Assembly: GCA_964291625.2 (NCBI GenBank)
Contig: OZ220090.1
Location: 320,001-384,000, forward strand
DNA length: 64,000 bases
Origin: Candidatus Latescibacterota bacterium
Lineage (GTDB): Bacteria > Latescibacterota > UBA2968 > UBA8231
Reading direction: 5' to 3'
A program made the position numbers and the translations under genes. Below, piece after piece: positions 48,334-56,202 of the stretch (position 1 is its first letter; every line of letters starts with the position of its first letter). The notes beneath the pieces were generated by a model. The model did no database searches and was not told where the DNA came from. It saw only the letters and a list, made by a program, of their open reading frames with translations.

Positions 48334-49233
48334 GTGGCCGGCCCCCTGACCCTGCTCAGCATCGGCGCCCACCCGGCCGATATCTTCGACCAGTCGGGCG
48401 GCACCATGGCCCACCACGTGGAGCGCGGCGACCGCGTCGCCTGCGCCGTCCTCACCCACGGGGCCCGGGTCCACGACGCCGAGGTGAGCGACGCCATGTT
48501 CCACCGGGATCGGGTGCCGGAGGCCGGGGAGTTGAGGGACCTCATGGCCGAGCGCGCCGAGGTCAAGGCCGGGGAGGTCCGCCGCGCCTGCGCCCTCCTC
48601 GGCGTGGAGGAGATCCACTTCCTCGGCTTCGACGACGCCGTGCTGCAGGCGACCGAGGAGATCGTGCGCCGCCTGGCGAGCCTGCTGCGCCAAGTGCGCC
48701 CCCACGTGGTCCTCACCCACTTCCCGTACGAGGGCGACGCCGTCAACGCCCACGCCGTCACCGGCCGCATCTGCCTGCAAGCCCTGGGGCTGGCCGGCAG
48801 CGTCGACCCCGGCGACCGGAACCCGCCGCACAAGACGGCGCAGGTCTTCTTCTTCGGCACCGGCGCCGCGCCCCTGCCGCGGAACGTGTGGGGCGCCCGG
48901 GGCGGCTTCTACAACGACATCTTCATCGACATCGGCGACGTGGTGGAGAAGAAGCTCGCCGCCCTCGATGCCCTGGTGAGCCAGGGCTACGGGGGCGCCT
49001 ACGCCCGCAAGCGCATCGAGACCTCGGACGGCGCCTTCGGCAACGCCGCCCACTGCAGCTACGCCGAGGGCTTCATCAAGATGAACGCCGAGTGCCACCA
49101 CCACCTGCCGGTGACCGACCGGGCCCTCGAGCTGGCGGGACTGAGCGACCACGAGGTGATCCCCCGGGCCTCGGTCCGGCACGATCCGGGTCCACGCGAG
49201 GCCGGCTCCGGGGGGCCGGATCGTACGGCTTGA
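48334..49233 (+). CDS. PIG-L/LmbE family deacetylase
   Basis: IGAHPAD, LTHG, RPHVVLTH, KKLAAL...SQ, YAEGF. Confidence 0.82.
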   Translation: MAGPLTLLSIGAHPADIFDQSGGTMAHHVERGDRVACAVLTHGARVHDAEVSDAMFHRDRVPEAGELRDLMAERAEVKAGEVRRACALLGVEEIHFLGFDDAVLQATEEIVRRLASLLRQVRPHVVLTHFPYEGDAVNAHAVTGRICLQALGLAGSVDPGDRNPPHKTAQVFFFGTGAAPLPRNVWGARGGFYNDIFIDIGDVVEKKLAALDALVSQGYGGAYARKRIETSDGAFGNAAHCSYAEGFIKMNAECHHHLPVTDRALELAGLSDHEVIPRASVRHDPGPREAGSGGPDRTA

Positions 49234-49258
49234 CATGGAACGCCCCCCGGCGTAAGGT
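49230..49258 (+). promoter_or_regulatory. Near-consensus sigma70 promoter
   Basis: TTGACA(49230-35)-17 nt-TAAGGT(49253-58). Confidence 0.7.
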
Positions 49259-49264
49259 ACTGAC

Positions 49265-49426
49265 ATCCCCACGGCCGGCTCCTCCGGGAACCGGCCAGAA
49301 CCGGATCGACGGTAGGCCGCCTCGTACCGCCGTTCCGGAAAAGTCGAGCGGTCCTCTGCTTTCTCCTACGCTCGACTCTGTTTCTCCATAGACAGGGGGC
49401 CCTCGGGCCTCCTGTCTATTTTTCTT
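49265..49426 (+). ncRNA. Candidate structured small RNA (~160 nt) or cis-regulatory leader
   Basis: Lies between the promoter and an intrinsic terminator; three stem-loops (49273-96, 49301-38, 49342-77) plus the terminator; repeated CUG(C)UUUCUCC motif. Confidence 0.55.
49388..49426 (+). terminator. Rho-independent terminator
   Basis: ATAGACAGGGGGCC...GGCCTCCTGTCTAT stem followed by a T-rich tract. Confidence 0.8.
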
Positions 49427-49466
49427 GCGCCCCTTACGGACTCCCTCCTCCTCGACCCCCCGGCCC

Positions 49467-50765
49467 ATGCTCCTCGCCCCCGAAGCCGCCGCCCTCGACC
49501 GGCGGCTGGATCTGGTCGACGCCTCCGAGCCCCGGATCCGGGCCCTGGTCCCGGAGGCGGACCGTCGCCGCCGCCTGGTCACCGAGATGGGGGCCGCGCC
49601 CGAGGGCTCCCTGCGGCACCTGCTGGTGGGTGTGAAGGACATCTTTCACGCCCGGGGCCTGCCCACCCGGGCAGGTACCGCCTTGCCGGGCGGCCTCTTC
49701 GCCGCGGAGGGCGTGGAGGAGGCCGACGCCGACTGCGTCGCCGCCCTGCGGGCGGCGGGAGCCGTGGTTCTGGGCAAGGCGGTGACCACCGAGTTCGCCT
49801 ACTTCGAGCCGGGGCCGACGCGCAACCCGCGAGAGCTCGCCCACACCCCGGGCGGTTCCTCCAGCGGCTCGGCGGCGGCGGTGGCGGCCAGGTACTGCGA
49901 GCTGGCACTGGGGTCCCAGACCGTGGGCTCCGTCATGCGGCCAGCCGCCTACTGCGGCGTCGTCGGCTTCAAGCCGACCTTCGGGCGCGTCTCCCGGGGC
50001 GGCCTGCTGGCTTGCTCGCCCTCGGTGGACACGGTGGGGCTCTTCGCCCCGGACACGGCTACCGCGGCCCGGGGGGCGGCGGTGATCCTCGATGCCTGGG
50101 ACCCCGCCGCCGCCGAGGGCCACCGGGAGGCGCCCCGGCCCGTCCTCGGGGTTCCGGAAGGGCCGTACCTGCGGCAGGCTACGCCCGAGGGACTCGCGGG
50201 GTTCGAGGAGCAGGCGGCGCGCCTGGAATCCGCCGGCTTCCGGGTGGAGCGGCTGGAGATCCTGACCGACATCGACGAGGTCAACCAGCGCCACCGCGAC
50301 CTGCACGGGGCGGAGATGGCCCTCGAGCACGCCCCGTGGATGGAGGAGCACCTCCATCTCTACAAGCCGCTGACCCGCCAGTTCCTGCTGCGCGGACGGG
50401 AGATCCCCGAGGCACGGCTCCTGGCTGGCAGGGAAGGGCGAGGCCGCCTGCGGCAACAGTTGGAGCAGATCATGGCGGCGGAAGGCGTCGACCTCTGGAT
50501 CTGTCCGTCGGCGCCGGGGCCCGCCCCCCGGGGGCTGCAGGCCACGGGGGACCCGGTCATGAACCTGCCCTGGACCCACGCCGGCCTGCCGGCCCTGAGC
50601 CTGCCGGCGGGCCTCGTGGGCCAGCTGCCCCTGGGGCTGCAGTGCGTCGCCGCCCACGGCCGCGACGAGGCCCTCCTGGCATGGGGCGCCGCCCTCGAGG
50701 CGGCCCTCGGTCCCGGCGGCGGCCGAGCTTCGACCCACGCGAGCGCCGGTCCTATATTTCACTGA
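49467..50765 (+). CDS. Amidase signature family protein
   Basis: GVKDIF, GKAVTTEFA, PGGSSSGSAAAVA, GSQTVGSVMRPAAYCG; start approximate. Confidence 0.9.
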   Translation: MLLAPEAAALDRRLDLVDASEPRIRALVPEADRRRRLVTEMGAAPEGSLRHLLVGVKDIFHARGLPTRAGTALPGGLFAAEGVEEADADCVAALRAAGAVVLGKAVTTEFAYFEPGPTRNPRELAHTPGGSSSGSAAAVAARYCELALGSQTVGSVMRPAAYCGVVGFKPTFGRVSRGGLLACSPSVDTVGLFAPDTATAARGAAVILDAWDPAAAEGHREAPRPVLGVPEGPYLRQATPEGLAGFEEQAARLESAGFRVERLEILTDIDEVNQRHRDLHGAEMALEHAPWMEEHLHLYKPLTRQFLLRGREIPEARLLAGREGRGRLRQQLEQIMAAEGVDLWICPSAPGPAPRGLQATGDPVMNLPWTHAGLPALSLPAGLVGQLPLGLQCVAAHGRDEALLAWGAALEAALGPGGGRASTHASAGPIFH

Positions 50766-50791
50766 TTCATCAGATTTCGCGGAGAGGACGG

Positions 50792-51658
50792 ATGCAGCTG
50801 ACAGTGGACCAGATCGAGTTCTATCGCGAGAAGGGTTACCTCGGTGTGGAGGGCGTGTTCTCCGCGGCCGAGGTCGGAGAGTTGCAGCGGGTGACCGACG
50901 AGTTCGTGGAGAAGTCGCGCAGCGTCACCGATCACGACGATGTCTTCGACCTCGAGCCCGACCACACTCCCGAGTTTCCCAAGCTGCGGCGCTTGAAGAA
51001 CCCGGCCAGGCAGCACGAGGCCTACGGCCGCGCCCTGCGCAACGACCGCGTCCTCGACATCGTCAGCCAGCTCGTAGGCACCGAGGCCGTGCGCGGCCAC
51101 GGCAACAAGCTCAACATCAAGGCCGCCGACTTCGGCAGCCCCGTGGAGTGGCACCAGGACTGGGCCTTCTACCCCCACACCAACGACGACATGCTGGCCG
51201 TCGGCGTCTGCATCGACGAGATGAGCGAGGCGAACGGCTGCCTCCTCATCATCCCCGGCTCCCACAAGGGGCCCGTCCTCGACCACCACCTGGATGGCCG
51301 CTTCGCCGGAGCCGTCACCGAGCCCGACTTCGACGACTCCACGGCCGAGAAGGTGGAGCTGCCCGCCGGCGGCATCTCCCTGCACCATGTGCGGGTCCTC
51401 CACGGCTCGCTGCCCAACCGCTCGCCGAACCCGCGGCGCCTGCTGCTGTTCGAGTACGGCGCCGGCGACGCCTGGCCCCTCAGGGGCTCGGACTGGGACG
51501 CCTTCTGCGACTCCTTCGTCCGCGGCGAGCCCTCCAACGAGCCCCGCCTGGAGCCGGTCCCGGTGCGGCTGGCCCTGCCGGTGGCGCTCCGGGCCGGCTC
51601 GATCTACGAGAACCAGAGCGTCCTCAGGGGCTCGACCTTCAAGTCCCCCGGGGGCTGA
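50792..51658 (+). CDS. PhyH-family dioxygenase
   Basis: LTVDQIEFYREKGY, WHQDWAFYPH, NGCL.IIPGSH, LHGS.PNRS..RR. Confidence 0.92.
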   Translation: MQLTVDQIEFYREKGYLGVEGVFSAAEVGELQRVTDEFVEKSRSVTDHDDVFDLEPDHTPEFPKLRRLKNPARQHEAYGRALRNDRVLDIVSQLVGTEAVRGHGNKLNIKAADFGSPVEWHQDWAFYPHTNDDMLAVGVCIDEMSEANGCLLIIPGSHKGPVLDHHLDGRFAGAVTEPDFDDSTAEKVELPAGGISLHHVRVLHGSLPNRSPNPRRLLLFEYGAGDAWPLRGSDWDAFCDSFVRGEPSNEPRLEPVPVRLALPVALRAGSIYENQSVLRGSTFKSPGG

Positions 51659-51665
51659 GCCTCCC

Positions 51666-52691
51666 ATGGCCGGCCACCCCATCGACCGGATCGAGCCGGG
51701 CCTGAAGATCGCCGCCCAGGTGACGCCCGAGCCGACCCGGGAGGACCTGGACTTCGTGCGCCGCATGGGCGTGGAGCACGTCGTCTGCTGGACCGACGCC
51801 GCCCACTCGAGCTACGACTACTACGCCAGCCGCCGCGACCTCTTCGGCGAGGCCGGGATCCAGGTCTACGGCTTCGGCAACGGCGACGTCCACAACCAGG
51901 ACGCCATCGTCCTCGGGCTGGCCGGCCGCGACGCCAAGATCGACCAGTACAAGCGGCACATCACCGACCTGGGCCGCGCCGGCATCCCCTACACGACCTA
52001 TGCCCACATGGGCAACGGCATCTGGAGCACGGAGCGCGAGACGACCCGCGGCGGCGCTTCGGCCCGCGGCTTCGACCTGGAGCGCGCCGAGGCCGGCCAC
52101 TGGGGCGGCCGCAGCTACCGGCTGCCCCTGACCCACGGCCGCGCGTTCTCCGAGAAGGAGATGTGGTCCCACTTCGAGCACTGGGCGCAGGAGGTCCGGC
52201 CCGTGGCCGAGGGGGCGGGCGTGCTCATCGGCATCCACCCCGACGACCCGCCGGTGCCCGATCTCGGCGGCGTGCCGCGGTGCATCTTCTCGAGCTTCGA
52301 CGGCTACCAGAAGGCGATGGAGATCGCCGACAGCCCCAACATCGGCATCTGCTTCTGCGTCGGCTGCTGGCTGGAGGGGGGCGACCTGATGGGGCGGGAC
52401 GTGCTCTCCGCCATCGAGCACTTCGGCGGGCGGCAGATCTTCAAGGTCCACTTCCGCAACGTCGACCGGCCCCTGCCGCACTTCGTGGAGACCTTCGTCG
52501 ACGACGGCTGTCAGGACATGTACCTGGTGATGAAGAGCCTGGAGCGCGTCGGCTTCCGCGGCGTCCTGATCCCCGACCACATCCCGGAGATGGCCGACGA
52601 CCCGCGGGTGGGGACGGCCTGGACGATCGCCTACATGAAGGCGCTGAAGGAGCGCGCCGAGTCGGAGGTCGCCCTGGAGAGGGCGAACTGA
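51666..52691 (+). CDS. Mannonate dehydratase (UxuA) family protein
   Basis: GIHPDDPP, ICFCVG, VHFRN, LIPDHIP. Confidence 0.85.
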   Translation: MAGHPIDRIEPGLKIAAQVTPEPTREDLDFVRRMGVEHVVCWTDAAHSSYDYYASRRDLFGEAGIQVYGFGNGDVHNQDAIVLGLAGRDAKIDQYKRHITDLGRAGIPYTTYAHMGNGIWSTERETTRGGASARGFDLERAEAGHWGGRSYRLPLTHGRAFSEKEMWSHFEHWAQEVRPVAEGAGVLIGIHPDDPPVPDLGGVPRCIFSSFDGYQKAMEIADSPNIGICFCVGCWLEGGDLMGRDVLSAIEHFGGRQIFKVHFRNVDRPLPHFVETFVDDGCQDMYLVMKSLERVGFRGVLIPDHIPEMADDPRVGTAWTIAYMKALKERAESEVALERAN

Positions 52692-53512
52692 TGGGCTCCG
52701 TCGACTCCCTCCAGGACCAGGTCCTCGATAAGGGATTCTGCATCATCGAGGACGTCATCCCCGCCGGCCGCGTCGGCCCGGTGCGCGACGACGTGCTGCG
52801 GGCGGCGGCCTCCCACAACCGGGCGGACGCGCCGGCCAACCGCGGCGCCGTCTCGGGGCTGATCAACCATACCCAGGAGTTCGCCCCCTACCTGGCCGAC
52901 CCGCGGCTGAAGGGCCTGACCGAGGCCCTGCTGGGCCGGCCTGTGCGCGTCTCCTTCACCTCCACCATCATCAGCTATCCCCAGGCCGAGCGCCTGCAGT
53001 GGCACGCCGACTGGCCCTTCAACCAGAACAACGCCGGCCACATCCCGGCGCCCTACCTCGACGCCGTCGTCCACCTCACCTCGATCTGGATGCTCAGCGA
53101 CTTCACCGTCGCCAACGGCGCCACCCTCATCGTGCCGGGCAGCCACCGCGAGGCGAACAACCCCACCGGCGGCAACGGCGTGCCCATGTTCGAGCCTCAC
53201 GCGGACGAGATTCACGTCGAGGGCAAGGCGGGGACGGTGATGGTCATGGACAGCCGCATGTGGCACGCCACTCCGGCCAACGACAGCGACGAGATCCGCG
53301 TTGGACTGGCGATCCGCTGGGCCCCGTGGTGGCTGAACCTCGACGTGCTGATGCCGGCCTCCGACGACCGCGCCCGCCAGCTGGAGGAGACGGGGGGCAA
53401 GGAGAACCAAGTGCCCCTGGTGGAGCCGGAGGTCTTCGCGGCCCTGCCCGCGGACGTGCAGCCCCTCTTCCGGCACTGGCTCCGCGGCGGCGGCAACTGG
53501 CCCGGGGCCTGA
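52691..53512 (+). CDS. PhyH-family dioxygenase
   Basis: DKGFCIIEDVI, WHADWP, NGATLIVPGSH, MWHA. Confidence 0.9.
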   Translation: MGSVDSLQDQVLDKGFCIIEDVIPAGRVGPVRDDVLRAAASHNRADAPANRGAVSGLINHTQEFAPYLADPRLKGLTEALLGRPVRVSFTSTIISYPQAERLQWHADWPFNQNNAGHIPAPYLDAVVHLTSIWMLSDFTVANGATLIVPGSHREANNPTGGNGVPMFEPHADEIHVEGKAGTVMVMDSRMWHATPANDSDEIRVGLAIRWAPWWLNLDVLMPASDDRARQLEETGGKENQVPLVEPEVFAALPADVQPLFRHWLRGGGNWPGA

Positions 53513-53680
53513 GCCCGGCCGAAGCCGCCTTCCCTGCCGGTCATCCGCTCACCCCCTTCTCAGCGGGTGGCGGCCTTGCGGGCCGGTCCCGACCGGCCCT
53601 GCGCGCAGGGGCATCGACGATTCCGAAGGCAGTACGCCAGTCCCTTCCTGACAGTCCGGACCGCCTCGCGGGCCGTCCGC

Positions 53681-54133
53681 TCACTCCGCTGCTGACTCGT
53701 CCCGCCTGGCCTGGGCGGCGGCGAGGTGCTCCTCGATCTTTCCGACGATCTCGGCGGCGGTGTTCTTCTTCGTCACCGTCTCCAGCAGGCTCCTGTCCCC
53801 GGGGTCGATGAGCAGGACCAGGCCGGTCTTGTTGTTGGCCTTGAGGTGATCCTCCACCCCCAGGGCCGCGGCCAGGAGGCGGGCCTGGGCCGTCCGGGTC
53901 GAGTCGGTGACGTCCAGCTGCACGAAGAGGACGGGCTCGTCGGCAACCGCGGCCCGGACTTCCTCGAGGATGGGCACCAGGGTCTGGCAGGAGCCGCACC
54001 AGTCGGCGTGGACCTTGGCCACGTACAGCTCCGGGCCGCCTTCGCCTTCCACGGGTACCGCGGCGGCGAGGGTGGGGGCGGGGGCCACCAGGAAGGCCAG
54101 GGCGGCGAGGGCGGAGGCGCATCGGGTCAACAT
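53681..54133 (-). CDS. Exported thioredoxin-like protein
   Basis: Signal peptide; HADWCGSC. Confidence 0.85.
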   Translation of the reverse strand: MLTRCASALAALAFLVAPAPTLAAAVPVEGEGGPELYVAKVHADWCGSCQTLVPILEEVRAAVADEPVLFVQLDVTDSTRTAQARLLAAALGVEDHLKANNKTGLVLLIDPGDRSLLETVTKKNTAAEIVGKIEEHLAAAQARRDESAAE

Positions 54134-54231
54134 GCAGATGTCCCTTCCATTGAGGGTTGGTGGTGGGAGTCGGGTGGATCGCAGATCCGTTGAAGGACGT
54201 CCTGCCTCGCCGGGGAGTTCCTCGCCCGTGC

Positions 54232-55230
54232 CTATCGCTTGACGACGGGGGCCATGGCCGCGATGTGCTCCGGCCCCGAGGCGCAGCAGCCGCCGATGAT
54301 CTGCGCCCCCATCTCCTTCCATTGGCCGGCGAACTCGGCCATGCGCGAGGGGTAGTACTCGGCGTTCTGCAGGATGTCCGCGCCGGCGCTCGGCTTCTGG
54401 TTTGTCAGCATCAGCCGGTTGGCGAGAGGCCCGGTGGGGTTGTACCCGAGGTTGGGGTAGGCCCCCACGGGGCCGGCGAAGGCCTCCCGCAGGATCGGCA
54501 GGCCGGCGGAGACGCTCTCGGGGTTGCTGCACATGAGCAGGACGGCGTCGACGGGACGGCCCTCGAGGGTGGCGGCCAGATCGCGCAGGCTCTCGTCGTA
54601 CTGCATGGCCCCGTTCTCCTGGATGTGACGGACCCCGAGGAAGACGGGCAGGCCGGCCTCGGCGCAGGCGTCGACCGCGGCCTCGCAGTCCTCGATGAAG
54701 CCCACGTACTCCGCCAGGATCAGGTCCGCCCCCTCGTCGGCCAGGAGCCTGGCGTGGTCGGCCCACTCGCGGCGGTACGCCTCGAGGCCCATGACGCGGA
54801 TGTCCGAGACGGGGACGTCCGCCGGCATCGGCCACTGGAGGCAGGGCGCGGCGATCCCGCCGGCCACGCAGGCCGAGCTGCCCATGGAGTCGCGGGCCTC
54901 GACGGCGTTGCGGATGGCCGCCGTGGCGTAGGTCCTCCAGGTCCGGCTTTCCCCGATGGTGTCGAGGCGCGACGGCGTCGTCCAGAAGTTGTTGCTGGTG
55001 ATGATGTCGGCGCCCACCCGCAGGTAGTCGGAGTGCACCTGACGGACCAGGTCAGCACACTCCACGTTGGCCGTCGCCGACCACGCCTTGAGTCGGTCCT
55101 CGGCCTCCTTGAGCACGTCGGCGCCGCGGCGCTGCAGCTCCGAGCCGGTGCCGCCGTCGAGCAGCAGCATCTCGCGCCGGCCCAGTCTCTCGGTGATTCC
55201 CTGAGGAGCCATCGGGTCTGCCTCCGGCAT
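54232..55230 (-). CDS. Homocysteine S-methyltransferase family protein
   Basis: LLDGGTGSEL, GADIITSN, GAYPN, IIGGCC..GPEHI. Confidence 0.9.
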   Translation of the reverse strand: MPEADPMAPQGITERLGRREMLLLDGGTGSELQRRGADVLKEAEDRLKAWSATANVECADLVRQVHSDYLRVGADIITSNNFWTTPSRLDTIGESRTWRTYATAAIRNAVEARDSMGSSACVAGGIAAPCLQWPMPADVPVSDIRVMGLEAYRREWADHARLLADEGADLILAEYVGFIEDCEAAVDACAEAGLPVFLGVRHIQENGAMQYDESLRDLAATLEGRPVDAVLLMCSNPESVSAGLPILREAFAGPVGAYPNLGYNPTGPLANRLMLTNQKPSAGADILQNAEYYPSRMAEFAGQWKEMGAQIIGGCCASGPEHIAAMAPVVKR

Positions 55231-56117
55231 CTACTCGAGGAACACAAGGCGCCGTGTCTGCCGCCCACCAGGGTAGCGCAGGGCGCCGAGATAGACCCCG
55301 GCCGCCAGCGCCCGGCCCCGTTCGTCCCGGGCATCCCAGTGGACGCGGTGCCAACCGGCGCTCTGGACCTGGTCGACCAGGGTGCGCACGACCTGGCCCA
55401 GGATGTTGTAGACATCGAGGCGCACCGGACCTGCCTCTGTCAGGCGGTAGGGGATCAGGGTGCCGGCGTTGAAAGGGTTGGGGAAGGAGGGGTCCAGGCC
55501 GCTGGCCGCGGGCACCGCCGGTACCGCGGCCGGTTTGGCCGCGGCGAGGGATTCGACGGTATCCAGGCGGACGCCGCCGTCGAGGATGAGTTGCAGGAAG
55601 TGGCGCCGGTGCGGGTTGATGGGGATGCTGTACCACCGGCCCGCGATCTGTCCGTCAGGAGTGCGGGCGCGGGCCTGGTACAAGCCGGTGACGCCCGGTG
55701 GAGCAAGGGAGCTCATGGCAAATGCCAGGCTCCCGTCCTCGTCGGTGCGGCCGCCCCAGACGTAGTCGGGCCGGCGGCCGGAGATGGCGCGAGAGAACTC
55801 GAGGGTGAGGCCGGGGTTCCTCTCCATCTGGAAATGGGCCTCTCCGGCGACCAGTTCAGGAAAGCGTCTCCGGCCAGCTCGTCGCGAAGCCCGAGGAGCA
55901 CCGCGCAGTCCGCCACCAGCAAGGGGTGGTCTTCCGGCTCGGGCACGACAATGCCGTTGGTGCACGGGTTCGGGAGCGGGTCTTCCTGGGCCACCATCCG
56001 TCCTGGCCATCCGGCCGCGCAAGCGATGAGAAGCGCCGCGGCAGGCCGGACGAAGCGAGCCCGGGGACGGATGTGAGGCTCGCGGTCCGTCCCGGCCGGG
56101 AGAGTACTGCATTGCAT
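55231..56117 (-). pseudogene. Internally deleted or frameshifted secreted protein: LRR N-cap plus FlgD-Ig/T9SS-like C-terminal domain
   Basis: Frame 55713-56117: signal peptide plus CTNGIVVP...DCAVLL.LRD.LAG...LNWS...ISRWRG. Other frame from about 55815: ...PNPFN...LDVYNILGQ.VRTLV...WD.RD..G..AAGVY. Confidence 0.65.
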
Positions 56118-56202
56118 GATCTGTTCCAGTATGGCCGCCAGGATGGTAGTCCGCTTAGATTCGGCCCATGTCAGCCTCGACCGTCAAGGGAGATCCTAGT
56201 CC

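Noticed and set aside
49265-49426. tRNA, SRP RNA, 6S RNA or a known riboswitch
   Set aside because: No cloverleaf or TTC loop, no SRP core motif, and separate local hairpins rather than one long rod. No riboswitch consensus recognised.
53513-53680. GC-rich hairpins between convergent genes as ncRNA or REP element
   Set aside because: No second copy found in the window and no promoter; most simply a terminator region.
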